This document shows, piece by piece, positions 12,509 to 24,926 of a stretch of DNA of 64,000 nt. The stretch comes from Octopus vulgaris (Eukaryota). Under the pieces are notes generated by a model that searched no databases, was not told where the DNA came from, and saw only the letters and a program-made list of their open reading frames with translations. The position numbers and the translations under genes were made by a program. The stretch's first letter is position 1; every line of letters starts with the position of its first letter. Location: positions 12,710,001 through 12,774,000 of the forward strand of contig OX597819.1 in NCBI GenBank assembly GCA_951406725.2, in the 5' to 3' direction.

Positions 12509-13129
12509 TATAGTAGGCACATTAAGTATATTGAAAAACATTCAGACAAATATGTAACAAAAACACCAGTACTTACAAGTATATATAACATAGAGAAAAT
12601 AGCACTACTAGGCACTGCACACATCCTACATAAAATGCTTTCAATACAGTGAAAATATGAACACCACAACAAACCACAGCACATACTTGAGGCACACAGC
12701 TGCGCTTAATAGTGCAGTGAAAGCACATGATAAAAATAAGACAACTGAATGATAATAATAATAATAATAATAATAATGTCTACTATAGGCATAAGGCCTA
12801 CGTTGACCCCAGTACTCAACTGGTACTTATTTTATTGATCCCATAAGGATGAATGGCAAAAGTCAACCTCGGCAGCTTTTGAACTCAGTATGTAAAACTG
12901 GAAAAAAAAATACTACTAAGCATTTTGTCTGGCATGCCAACTTGCTGCCTTAAATAATAATAATAATAATAATAATAATATAATATGTTATAATAAACAT
13001 ACATGGTGCTCGAATTTGTCTGACAATCATTGACATCTTATTTCAAGAACAAATAAGAAATAACCAGTACAAGCAGTTTGTGTGTATATGCGAGTGTATT
13101 TAGAGTAAGAAACAGATATGTTTAACATA

Positions 13130-13480
13130 TAGGCTTGGCTATGTGGTAAGAAATTTGTTTCCCAATGGTTCCAGGTTCAGTCCCACTGTGTGGCACATTG
13201 GGTAAGAGTCTTCTACTGTAGTTTTGGGCCTTACAAGCGGATTTGGTAGATGAAAACTGAAAGAATCCTGTCATATATATATGTGTGTGTGTGTGTTTCT
13301 GTATTTGTGTCCCAGCAGCACTTATAACCAGTGTTGGTACCAAAACTTAGTGATTTGGCAAAAGAGACTGATAGAATAAGCACCAGGCTTTAAAAAAAAT
13401 ACTGGGATTGATTCATTTGACCAAAAATTCTTCAAAACAATGCCCCTGCATGGTCGCAGTTTAATAACTTGAAACAAGAT
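13130..13480 (+). mobile_element. SINE family A, diverged
   Basis: Similarity to 3322-3720. Confidence 0.75.
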
Positions 13481-14014
13481 TAGACTGTTGCCTATCATAC
13501 AAAAGGTAACTCTGGAAGTACATTTTTGTTACCATGGATAATATCAGGAAATATGGCAGATATACAATAATTGTTATTTAATTTTATCAAATGTGATGGT
13601 ACTTCCACAAAATAATGAAATGAAACTAAAATTTCAAAAGACAAAATTTCAGGTAATTTTTAAAATAATGAAAAATTTGGAAAGGTTTTATGAAATATCT
13701 GACATTTATTTTTCATTTATTGGTATATTATGTAATTAAATGTTTGAACATAACAAAAGGCTTTTACATAAAATTCTAATGGAAGATTTTTAATCAAATA
13801 TGAGACCTTTCAAACAGGCAGACTTGAATCGAATAACAAAAGTTATTCTCAGGTTCATCAGTGTCAGAAAAGATTAACAAAAATGCAATGAAAAGAAACA
13901 AAATGAACTTTAATTAAAATAGCTATTTGTGTGCTACACTCAATGTGTATACAACATTGAAAGACATGATGTGATTTTTGTTGATTTGTTAGGTTAAAAG
14001 CATATTATTAGAAA

Positions 14015-14179
14015 GAGGTGAACAGCATCCCAGCAATGATTTATGAGAATGTCAGATGATTTTTGGCCTTCTTCGGTCTTGTCATTGACATGTACTCAGT
14101 ACTCTGATGGAGTACACATTACTGACAAGGTCCAAGAAGAGATGTTCTCATGAATCACTGCTGTGACGATGTTCACCTC
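14015..14179. repeat. Imperfect hairpin element
   Basis: GAGGTGAACA...GTACTC / GAGTAC...TGTTCACCTC. Confidence 0.8.
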
Positions 14180-14358
14180 ACTCATATATATATATATGTG
14201 GTTTTGTTTTGTTTTCTATTAGATTTTTATAATTTGACTTTTTAATTTTCTTCATGATTTTTTTCTTCTCTTTTTAATGAAGCAATTTACATTTTATTTC
14301 AATTTTTAATTTTGGTGATATGTTGCTACAAGCTGTAATTATTTCAATTTTGTTCCAG

Positions 14359-14568
14359 AATACCGTAAAGGATTTTGCTGCTCGTAGCACAGGAATTATC
14401 CAAGAAGCCATGAAATGGGCCCCTAATGCTACCCGATCTCATCTCATTGAATATCTGCTGAAAATGGAACACTCATCTCAAGGGTTATACTACCACAGTG
14501 GTCTTGCTCTTGCTACTGAGAGTGTGTTAAATTATGCTGGATATAATAAAACTGCAGCCCCCTTAGGG
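14359..14568 (+). CDS. PI4KA: PI4KA exon 7 (NTVKDFAARSTGIIQEAMKWAP...YNKTAAPLG)
   Basis: ttccag / gtaagt; phase 0-0. Confidence 0.95.
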
Positions 14569-14954
14569 GTAAGTTACGTCATCATCAGTTTTACATTTGC
14601 TTTTCATGCTGGCATGGGTTGGATGAATTGTTTCAGTTAACTATTATATAATATTATAACAATATTATAATGTCTAAGTGGAGGCACATGATGTAATGGT
14701 TAGGGTGTTGGACTCCTGATCCTAAGACTGGTTTTGATTCCTGGACTGAACAGTGCATGGTGTTCTTGAGCAAAACTCTATCATGTTGCTCCAGTCCACC
14801 CAACTGGTAAAAATGAGTAATCCTGTAATGGACTAGCCATTATAATATCTATGATTCAGCATCATTAATCCCTGGACATTTCTGTCTTCAATCCTAGGAC
14901 TCATAAGGTTGGTTGTCTGGTTTCAGTGAAAGCTAGGACTCCAAATAGCAAAAC

Positions 14955-15836
14955 CAGTCTGGAAAAGATTTGGGGGCCTAAGGATCCTTTGAATAGCCAA
15001 GGATTTAGAGATGTCCTAATTGAAGCATTTGGAGAGAAGAAGACTTAAGATAGAGAACAATTTGAAATTGCTATGGGACAGCTTACTGAGAATCTCAGAC
15101 CAAATTTGTGGTTGGTGCAAAAACCCAACCAGACTTAGGGGGACATGGTGGTGGAAAAATGAAGTAGATAGGGATAATAGGAACAAAGAAATAGGACTGG
15201 AAGCTTTGGAACAGTGGTGGTAGCAGAGAATTATAGCAAGTAGCTAGAAGAGAAGCTAAGTAACAGGTATATTTAAGTAGGGGAGAAGCAGAAAAGAGGT
15301 TTTCAATGTTCTGTGGCATGAACACCAGAGGCATGAGGTGTTCTGGATTGCAAGATGGTGTGTCAGAAAAACCTGTGGTGATGTAGAAGAAAATTGTATT
15401 TAGACAGATGATAGCAAACTTCATTTAGTGATTCTGTAAAGGAAGAGGTATGGAAGTGTCACTACGAAAGGCTGTTACATGTGGAGAATGCATGGGAGAA
15501 AGAGAGTCTCCCTAATGTGAATGCCACAGAGGGACCAGCTAGTGAAGTCAATAGCTTCATGATAGATAAAGTAATTAAGGATATAAAGTTAAGGAAAAAC
15601 TGTGGCCCATCAAGAATTACTGGGGAGATGCTTAAAATATCTGGCAGAGTGGGATGTGGCCAAGTCACCCACATGGACAATTAAGTCATCCAAGAAGGGG
15701 TCATACCCAATGACTGTTGTAGCAGTATTGTAGTCAATTGTTACAAAGGTAAGGGAAAGGTCTTGGCAAAAGTAATTACAGAGGTATCAAACTGTGAGAC
15801 CATGTCATGAAAGTTACAGAAAGGGTCATAGCTCAA
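14955..15836 (+). mobile_element. Decayed RTE-clade LINE ORF fragment
   Basis: TWWWKNEV, GPSRITGEMLKISG, YKGKG, NYRGIKL motifs with stops and frameshifts. Confidence 0.78.
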
Positions 15837-16287
15837 AGGTGTTCCAGTTGTGACCTTTCTGTCTTTTTATGTATCAAGGACTACATGGCTTCAAGTATCC
15901 TTCTTTATTTAAAGTAAAGTATTATTTGATGGAGATTTAGCTGCTGTTTCTAACAGGTTGAATGACCACCACAGAGAAGTTTTCTCAAATGCTTAAAACA
16001 TTAATTTTGGTGTGCAATAAGTCTTGAAGTGTACCTGAACTTCTTTGGTAAAATGACAGACTGTTGTCAGTCTTGATATTCTCTACCAGTTTCTGTTTAA
16101 TTTATATTAACTAATCCATTTACTATATTGTTGTCGGTGTTAATTAACCCCAGGCCAACCTATGGCCAAAGATGTTCCAGTCCTGATCATCTCTCTCAAA
16201 GACTGTAGGGTGTGATTTGAGAGAGAGAGTTGGCTGCTTTTTCTAGCTGGTCAATTGAGTGTACAAGGGCTTCTGTTGGCTCTAGTA

Positions 16288-16626
16288 CCCACTACCACCA
16301 GCACCAGCATCACCACCACCACCACCACCACCACCACCACCACCACCACCACCACCACCACCACCACCACCACCATCACCACCATCACCATCACCACCAC
16401 CAACACCATCACCATCACCATCACCACCACCACCATCACCACCACCACTATCACCACCACCACCACTATCACCACCACCACCACCACTATCACCACCACC
16501 ACCACTATCACCACTACCACCATCACTACCACCACCATCACTACCACCACCATCACTATCACCACCATCACTACCACCCTCACCATCACCATCATCACCA
16601 TCACCACCACCAACAACAACAACATC
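16288..16626. repeat. Compound (CAC/CAT/TAC)n trinucleotide microsatellite
   Basis: Directly visible; causes the poly-His/Thr/Val/Gly ORFs. Confidence 0.97.
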
Positions 16627-16789
16627 AAACATTTGTTTTTCTTCTCTGGCACGTGTAGGTTGGTTTAGTCGGAACTGGCAGAACCCCTGAGGACTGCACA
16701 GAAAGTTGCTTCTATCCTTTTTCTTAATATGGTTTATATTGTAACTCATAAAAAAGACCCTCCTCCATTTCTTTTGTCTTTTGTAACAG

Positions 16790-16882
16790 ACTGCCACCCT
16801 TGATAGACGACCAAATTGTGTTACGACTGACAGTTCCAATTTCATGGCTGCTTTAAGTTTGCGAAGTCGTTTCAGTGGAGAA
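16790..16882 (+). CDS. PI4KA: PI4KA exon 8 (TATLDRRPNCVTTDSSNFMAALSLRSRFSGE)
   Basis: taacag / gtaagt; phase 0-0; not in ORF track on this strand. Confidence 0.93.
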
Positions 16883-17077
16883 GTAAGTTATTCATTTATT
16901 CTGACAATGCAGTTTTGTTTTATAAAAGTTATGTCCATTAGGAAAGCTATGGAAATAGTTGAACAGATAGTGTACTAAGAATGTGCCCTTTGTTAGTCTA
17001 GAATTGGTTTTAAATCTCTAGGAATATTAAAAAAAAATTAACATAGGAATGTTATTTGTAGATATGAAAGTTATTTA

Positions 17078-17455
17078 CAGGTGCAGGAGTGGCTCTGTGG
17101 TAAGTAGCTTTCTTACCAACTACATGGTTCCGGGTTCAGTCCCACTGCATGGCACCTTGGGCAAGTGTCTTCTGCTATAACCTCGGGCCGACCAAAGTCT
17201 TGTGAGTGGATTTGGTAGACAGAAACTGAAAGAAGCCCGTCTTATATATATATATAAATGTTTGTGTGTCTGTGTTTGTCCCCCCAACATCACTTGACAA
17301 CCAATGTTGGTTGAGTTTATGTCCTTGTAGTTCAGCAAAAGAGACTGATAGACTAAGTACTAGGCTTACAAAGAATAAGTCCTGGAGTCGATTTGCTTGA
17401 CTAAAGGCGGTGCTCCAGCATGGCTGCAGTCAAATGACTGAAACAAATAAAAGAA
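17078..17455 (+). mobile_element. SINE family A
   Basis: Similarity to 3322-3720. Confidence 0.85.
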
Positions 17456-18107
17456 TAACAAAACTTACAAAATATCCTCTTTAGTTTACTAATCATTAAA
17501 ATTTAGTAGATTTTGTGTTTTACAGCAGTTTTAAAAAATATACATTGGATAACTGAAGTTTTTGACAGCCATTTAATGTTTGTTATGGTTTCATGGTTTA
17601 AATAAATTAGATTTAAGGCTTTCATTGTAATTAATTCTTTGATACTTAGAAGAATGTATAACCTCAGAATTTCAGTGTATTGATACTGTATGTGGGTTTT
17701 GTTTATATCAACTAAAGCTATATAAGTATGATTAGAAAGTCTAAGACCTTCATTTTAAGTACATAAAAATTATGTGAGTTCTATGCATCTTTTTTCTTAT
17801 AATTCCTTAATTTCAATTTCTAATTTCTAATCCTGCTAAAAAGTGTCAGCAGAAGGGCACCCAGGAATCATATATCATATCCTGGATGTGCCCACCCACT
17901 TCCTTAGAGTGTAAAAAGTTGAGGGCCAATACACTTACCTCAGTGAGGTTTTCTTCTCTGAAGACCTTCTGCTGTTCAGTTCTATGAAGAGTTTCTTATC
18001 ACTGAAGAAATGATTATTTCCCTTGTAATAACTGTGACCACTAGAGGGAACCACGTGTGTGTTTAATTAGCTGTTTTATTAATGAAAAATGTTCCCTTTC
18101 TCTATAG

Positions 18108-18195
18108 GTTTCTGGTATGAGATATGTTTGTAATAATGATGAAGAACTAATCAAAAAGTTGTGTGATGGACTTGATAAAGACTGTGATAATAAAA
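18108..18195 (+). CDS. PI4KA: PI4KA exon 9 (VSGMRYVCNNDEELIKKLCDGLDKDCDNK)
   Basis: ctctatag / gtaagt; phase 0-1; divergent segment but fills the expected gap. Confidence 0.85.
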
Positions 18196-19007
18196 GTAAG
18201 TTTATTTGTTGTGTTTGTTTCTAACTTTTGTGATATTCATCATCATCATCATCATCTTTTAATGTCTGCTTTCCATGCTGGCATGGGTTGGATGGTTTGA
18301 CTGAGGACTGGCATGTCAGGACGCTGCACCAGGCTCTAATCTGTTCTGGCAAAGTTTTCACAGCTGGATGTCCTTTCTAACACCAACCACTCTGAGAGTG
18401 TAGTGGATGCTTTTTACGTGCCACCAGCATGGGGGGTCAGTCAGGGGGCACTGGCAACAACCACACTTGAATGGTGCTTTTTACATACCACCAACATGAA
18501 TGCCAATCAGGCGTCTCTGGCATTGACCATGCTTGAATGATCGTTTACATTAATAACACCTGTGCTGGAAATTCAGAAATAATTTATTTTTATGCTCATT
18601 TATTTAGATAGAATTCTCTTTCTATCAATGCTTCGCTTCACCAGAATGGTATTATTTCCTTCTTATCCAGGTTACAGCAAATTCATGCTGTGCACAGATA
18701 GAAACTGGTGTGTCTGTATAAGAGAAAACACTAAATAAATGAAGATGCCGTTACCATCGGCACAACTTCATGAGTAGCAGAAAATGTAAAGGAGGTTTTT
18801 CTTCTTCATCCTTCTATTTAGGTTTTCTTGGCAGCATCACTTTGTGTTTCTGATTAACTTCAAGCTCATCACACATTTTAAAACTTACTTAAATATCAAT
18901 TTTAAAACCCATTTTGATAACAATTTCAAAACTCAAACATCATTTTTGAAATTGTGCGCCATTCTTCAATGCTTTAAAGAATGTGGAAGAAGAAATGATT
19001 TATTAAG

Positions 19008-19169
19008 GCGCAGGAGTGGCTGTGTGGTAAGTAGCTTGCTAACCAACCACATGGTTCCGGGTTCAGTCCCACTGTGTGGCATCTTGGGCAAGTGTCTTCT
19101 GCTATAGCCCTGGGCCGACCAATGCCTTGTGAGTGGATTTGGTAGACGGAAACTGAAAGAAGCCTGTCG

Positions 19170-19202
<33 letters not shown>

Positions 19203-19405
19203 TTGTGTATCTGTGTTTGTTCCCCTAGCATTGCTTGACAACCGATGCTGGTGTGTTTACGTCCCCGTTACTTAGCGGTTCGGCAAAAAAGAGACCGATA
19301 GAATAAGTACTGGGCTTCCAAAGAATAAGTCCCGGGGTCGATTTGCTCGACTAGAGGCGGTGCTCCAGCATGGCCGCAGTCAAATGATTGAAACAAGTAA
19401 AAGAG
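19008..19405 (+). mobile_element. SINE family A with 7-bp TSD TATTAAG
   Basis: TATTAAG at 19001-19007 and 19406-19412. Confidence 0.88.
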
Positions 19406-19580
19406 TATTAAGATTTGTTCAATTCCCAATTACTCTTTCAAATTTTGGTAACGTCTCTAATAAAAATAAATGAAACCTGTTATATAATGAGATCCATTAA
19501 AAGGATGTTTGATGATGAGAACATTTCTGCACTTGTTTGAAAATGAAAATAAATTAGAAATTATTAATTTTTCTATTTAG

Positions 19581-19640
19581 AGTCAGAAGAGATCAAAGCA
19601 GGGATGTTCAGAGTATGTGCACTTCTTATTTCAATTAAAG
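19581..19640 (+). CDS. PI4KA: PI4KA exon 10 (SEEIKAGMFRVCALLISIK)
   Basis: atttag / AG|gtaagt; phase 1-1; matches AMFKLTAMLISSK. Confidence 0.9.
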
Positions 19641-19814
19641 GTAAGTTAATATTAATATGTTGTAATTAGTAAAATGGTTTTCTTTATTGTTATTAGTAGT
19701 TGTTGATGTTTAGCCTCATGCGAATCTGGATCAAGGCATTCCAACTATGACCATGCCATCTTATTAAGGGTATGTAGGACATCATTATCTTATGGGTCTT
19801 CCCATTCTTTTCTA

Positions 19815-20620
19815 CTCTAGGCACAAGACCCGAAATTTTTGGGGAGGGGGCCAGTCAATTAGATCAACCCTAGTACGCAACTGGTAATTAATTTATCGAC
19901 CCTGAAAGGATGAAAGGCAAAGTCGACCTCGATGGAATTTGAACTTAGAACGTAAAGACAGACGAAATACCGCTAAGCATTTCGCCCAGCATGCTAATGT
20001 TTGTGCCAGCTTGCCGCTTTATATGTTTCTTATTTCTTTATTGCCCACAAGGGGCCAAACATAGAGGGGACAAACAAGGACAGACAAAGGGATCAAGTTG
20101 ATTATATTGACCCCAGTGCGTAACTGGTACTTATTTAATTGACCCCAAAAGGATGAAAGGCAAAGTCGACCTCGGCGGAATTTGAACTCAGAACATAGCG
20201 GCAGATGAAATACCACTAAGCATTTCACCCGGCGTGCTAACGTTTCTGCCAGCTCACCTCCCATTATATGAGGATCAAGTTGATTACATCGACCCCAGTG
20301 CGTAACTGGTACTTATTTAATTGACCCCGAAAGGATGAAAGACTAAGTCGACCTCAGCAGAATTTGAACTCAGAACATAGTGGCAGATGAAATACCTATT
20401 TCTTTATTACTCACAAGGGGCCAAACACAGAGGGGACAAACAAGGACAGACATAGGTATTAAGTCGATTACATCGACCCCAGTGCATAACTGGTACTTAA
20501 TTTATCGACCCCGAAAGGATGAAAGGCAAAGTCGACCTCGGCGGATTTTGAACTCACAACGTAATGCAGATGAAATACCACTAAGCATTTCGCCCGGTGT
20601 GCTAACGTTTCTGCCAGCTC
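19815..20620 (-). mobile_element. Four tandem SINE family B units
   Basis: GAAAGGATGAAAGGCAAAGTCGACCTC core repeated near 19905, 20150, 20330, 20515. Confidence 0.85.
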
Positions 20621-21200
20621 ACTTCCCATTATGTGATATATCAAGGTGTGATGTGAGGGAGATTTGACTGTTATTTGTAACTGATTGTTGACTGCATAGT
20701 AGCTCCTGCATCTTTTTCTCATTGTTATTAGTCCGGTGGAATAGTGCCTGTGACCTATTCATGGAAATACAGGAAAGCTGGGGGTCAGTGTTTGTGAAAA
20801 ATGTGTATGGAATGATAGAGCTGCTTCCACTCTGATGCCAAGAAGAAAGATGCAACATAGAAATGCTGCTGGGATCAGTTTCTGACCATCTCCAATCACC
20901 ACAATTGTCACTTATGCTTTCCTGCCTCTCCTAATAATCATCCAGCTCAACACTTGATCTTTATTTATTATATTCACTCCCCTCACCTATTCCCTGTCTC
21001 TTCCTCTCTCCCATATACTGTTGCAACCTGCACCCAACCATATTCCCACACTCTCTGTTCTTCTGTCCTCACTCCTACTCACCTTGTGTCAGAACGAATT
21101 GTACAGTTAATTAAAAGAATATTAACTCAAATGTAATTCAGTTTGCTATCACATAATTTCAAATATTGTGTTGTATTTACTCTTTCATTCACTTTAACAG

Positions 21201-21328
21201 AACTCAAGCGTCAATTACTTCATACCTTGTGTTGGGTTCCTGTTAAGGATTTCACAGAAAGAACTATGGAAGTTGCTGTTACGTGCTGGGAATGGCTTCT
21301 TGCTGCTCGGCCTGATTTTAGTATTGAG
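21201..21328 (+). CDS. PI4KA: PI4KA exon 11 ([13 protein letters not shown]...[15 protein letters not shown])
   Basis: ttaacag / gtatct; phase 1-0. Confidence 0.94.
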
Positions 21329-21458
21329 GTATCTATTTTGTTTGTTTTTAATAAGCGTTCGTTATATTTCCACTTTAGATGTTTGTTGAAAACCCTTATG
21401 TCTGTTTAATTATCTTCTCTCTTTCACATGTTATTTTTTGTTACATTTGATCTTTCAG

Positions 21459-21617
21459 TTCTTATGTGAAATGGCCATGGCTTGGCAGATGACAGTTGAT
21501 AAGAAACTTGGCATCTTTGCTGAAGACAAACCTCGGCCCGATCCTTTAGCTAAAACTGAGGATCAAATTCTTGATCCAAATCCTCCACATGTAGCTGGTC
21601 ATCAGATCTGGACGAAG
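21459..21617 (+). CDS. PI4KA: PI4KA exon 12 (FLCEMAMAWQMTVDKKLGIF...HQIWTK)
   Basis: ctttcag / gtaatc; phase 0-0. Confidence 0.94.
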
Positions 21618-22017
21618 GTAATCTTACTTGTCATTGTTGACTATTAATTGTTTATTGCTTCAGGTGTTTCAATTATGGCGGCAGGCATGGTTGTGTGGTT
21701 GAGGTGGTCACTTTAGAACCCTGTGGATTAAGTGTTCAGTCCCACTATGTGGATGCGGTAATGGTGCCACGAAGAAAGCACCCAGTACTCTCTGTGGAGT
21801 GGTTGGCATTAGGAAGGGCATTCAGCTGTAGAAACCACATTAAGACAGGCAATGGAGCATGGTGTGGCCCCTGGCCTTGCAAGCTCCTGCCAAACCACCC
21901 AACCCATGCCAGCATGAAAAACAGACATTAAATGATGATGATGATGATGATGAATGCTTGTTTTTAAGTTGTTATAATATAAATAATTTAAATGAAATGA
22001 TCAGATTGGAGCCTGTA

Positions 22018-22074
22018 AACACACCAACATCAGTTGTCAAGTGATGTTGGGGGGACAAACACAGACACACAAAC

Positions 22075-22109
<35 letters not shown>

Positions 22110-22281
22110 CATGATGGGCTTCTTTCAGTTTCCATCTACCAAATCCACTCACAAGGCTTTGGTTGGCCCTAGGCTATAGTAGAAGACACTTTCCCAAGGT
22201 GCCACGCAGTGGGACTGAACCCAGAACCATGTGGTTTGTAAGCAAGCTACTTACCACACACCCACCCACTCCTACGCCTAT
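22018..22281 (-). mobile_element. SINE family A, 3'-truncated
   Basis: Reverse complement of family A 5' half. Confidence 0.8.
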
Positions 22282-22497
22282 TCTTGTTAAAGAATAATAA
22301 ATAGATATATGTGCTAAGTGCAGCATCTCCATTTATACATTGTTTAAACAAAGTAGGTTATGCCCTCTGGTTCCTGTCAAAAAGTCTAACCTATATGAGG
22401 ATGGAAAACAGACATTAAATGGTGATGATGTTATAATTCTTGCATGATTTTCCTTTGAGGTTTATTAAATTTGTTTTTAATTTTCTTTTGTTTCTAG

Positions 22498-22649
22498 TTT
22501 CTCGCTGAACGTGTTGAAATTGCACGCTACTGCAGTGTTGATCAAGTGGGCATCCTGCTTTCCCTGCTTCATAAATCTCTCTCTATTAGTGTAGGAAAAC
22601 AGCCTGGATTAATTTCCCGACACCCAGCTGCCTTGGGGCCAAGAGTCAG
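22498..22649 (+). CDS. PI4KA: PI4KA exon 13 (FLAERVEIARYCSVDQV...RHPAALGPRVR)
   Basis: tttctag / AG|gtttgc; phase 0-2. Confidence 0.93.
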
Positions 22650-23074
22650 GTTTGCAGAACCCTTTTTCTATTAGAAAATTTATTCATTGTTTTCATTTAA
22701 ACAAAATTTCATCTAGCTACTGACAGAGGCTTTAACAGTTATTACTTCAAAAAATTATTTTTATTTCACCAATGAGGGCCAAAAGTTAGTTAAGGGTAGA
22801 GTCTTTACAGTTATTTGATTTTGAAAAACTTTATCAACAAACCCACCCCACTATTTTGAATGCAAACTGTGAAATGAAAGTCCTTAATCTGAAAGTAATG
22901 TTTCATAATAACGACGGAATAACCACAATAATTATGAAAACCAATCAAATATATCCTTCCGAGAGGTCTTAATTTAACTGGGGAGTTTTTTTACACTGTC
23001 CCAGTTTCACTTCTTGGATATATGGATATTTTATATCTGTTTGTCCTTGAAACTGGGTTTATGAAATGTATATT

Positions 23075-23287
23075 TATTTCTTTATTGCCCACAGGGGGCT
23101 AAACATAGAGGGGACAAACAAGGACAGACAAAGGGATTAAGACGATTACTGGTACTTATTTAATTGACCCTGAAAGGATGAAAGGCAAAGTCGACCATGG
23201 TGGACATTGAACTCAGAATGTAACAGCAGACGAAATACCGCTAAGAATTTTGCCCGGCGTGCTAACGTTTCTGCCAGCTTGCCACCT
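23075..23287 (-). mobile_element. SINE family B with 21-bp TSD
   Basis: TGGGTTTATGAAATGTATATT at 23054-23074 and 23288-23308. Confidence 0.88.
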
Positions 23288-23940
23288 TGGGTTTATGAAA
23301 TGTATATTGCTGATGTTAATTACTCAGATGCTGCCAGATTTATAGATGACTCAACAACTTACCAAGGAAGTCTGAATGTGGTCGATTCACCTGCTAGAAA
23401 TAGCAGCCAAACCACCCTCACACCACATTGCACCATCTTAAAATAGAAATGACACTTGATAATGAAAAGGCTGGAGACATTATGATTGAGAAAAACAATG
23501 ACCAAGATGATTGCAGCTGGAATATTTTTGATCAATAATTCTGCTGGATCCAATCTGACTGGGGACTATGTAACAGCCACACACCCACCCATGCAGTACT
23601 ACCCCAAAACAATAACAAACCAATAATGAATAAAATCCTCTGTTCAATTGCCATTCTCCTCCTCCTCTTTAGTTCTCTATACGATCTCTAAGCTACTGAA
23701 TTGGATTGTCCATCTAGATATGTACATAATATATACTATATTAGGGCAGTGAGTTGGCAGAGCTGTTAGCACACAGGCCAAAATGCTTAGTGATATTTTG
23801 TCCATTTCTAAGTTCAAATTGCATCAACCTTTTGTGGGGTCAATAAAATAAGTACCAGTTGAGTGCTGGGGTTAGTGTAATTGAATGTAATCAACTTATC
23901 CCCTCCCTTGAAATTGCTGGCCTTGTGCCAACATGTGAAA

Positions 23941-23979
<39 letters not shown>

Positions 23980-24040
23980 ATCTTCTAGTGGTTTTGTCTC
24001 TAATTAATATTATATATTTTGTCTCTAATTAATATTATAT

Positions 24041-24592
24041 AACTAAGGTTATAGAACAAACAAATGCAAGGTCATCCGCATAGCATTTCATAATTCGAAC
24101 ATTTAATCATAGAATATGCATATAAACATCCTGCAAGATGGAACATAATTCATCTGTACAAGCATATAAGCATATAATAAGGTGCGAGAAAAAAGTTCAT
24201 CACGGTTTAGAGTTAATACTTTAGCGATTCAGAAAAATACATTTTTTTAAAAAACATTACAACACCTAAAAAGTAAAAATATAAAGTAATATATAAAAAT
24301 ATATAGGTATGTAAAAATATATAAAATATATATATATATATATATATGAAGCATATAAAAAATATATAATATATATCATGTAAATAAAATAAAAGTTCAT
24401 CGTTTAGAAATCTTATAAAATTATTATTCAAGTAAGAGAAGCCTTATAGTTAAAAAATGGGATTAAGTAAATATGGTTTCCTCTTTTTTAACTATAAGGC
24501 TTCTCTTACTTGAATAATAATTTTATAAGATTTCTAAACGATGAACTTTTATTTTATTTACATGATATATATTATATATTTTTTATATGCTT

Positions 24593-24640
<48 letters not shown>

Positions 24641-24926
24641 AAATATTTTTATATACCTATATATTTTTATATATTACTTTATATTATATTTTTACTTTCT
24701 AGGTGTTGTAATGTTTTTTAAAAAAATGTATTTTTCTGAATCGCTAAAGTATTAACTCTAAACCGTGATGAACTTTTTCTCGCACCTTATTATATGCTTA
24801 TATGCTTGTACAGATGAATTATGTTCCATCTTGCAGGATGTTTATATGTATATTCTATGATTAAATGTTCGAATTATGAAATGCTATGCGGATGACCTTG
24901 CATTTGTTTGTTCTATAACCTTAGTT
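24041..24926. repeat. 886-bp near-perfect palindrome (fold-back)
   Basis: Arms 24041-24457 and 24484-24926, 26-nt spacer. Confidence 0.95.

Larger units (their letters stand above)
11372..12750 (+). mobile_element. 5'-truncated R4/Dong-like (RLE-type) non-LTR retrotransposon remnant
   Basis: AAQDQ, CRTCGDGRETINHIVCGC zinc knuckle, RHD, LDIV (PD-like), then KEMEKLSKYKDL, VPIIVGAL and KIALLGTAHIL once two SINEs are removed; (TAA)n on both sides. Confidence 0.85.

Noticed and set aside
16230-16845. Poly-His, poly-Thr, poly-Val and Gly/Asp ORFs
   Set aside because: All are frames of one trinucleotide microsatellite in an intron
18038-18051. CTCF-like motif CCACTAGAGGGAAC
   Set aside because: A single imperfect short match is expected by chance
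24213-24755. Two near-identical ORFs on opposite strands (MNNNFIRFLNDE...)
   Set aside because: By-product of the palindrome; low-complexity AT-rich sequence
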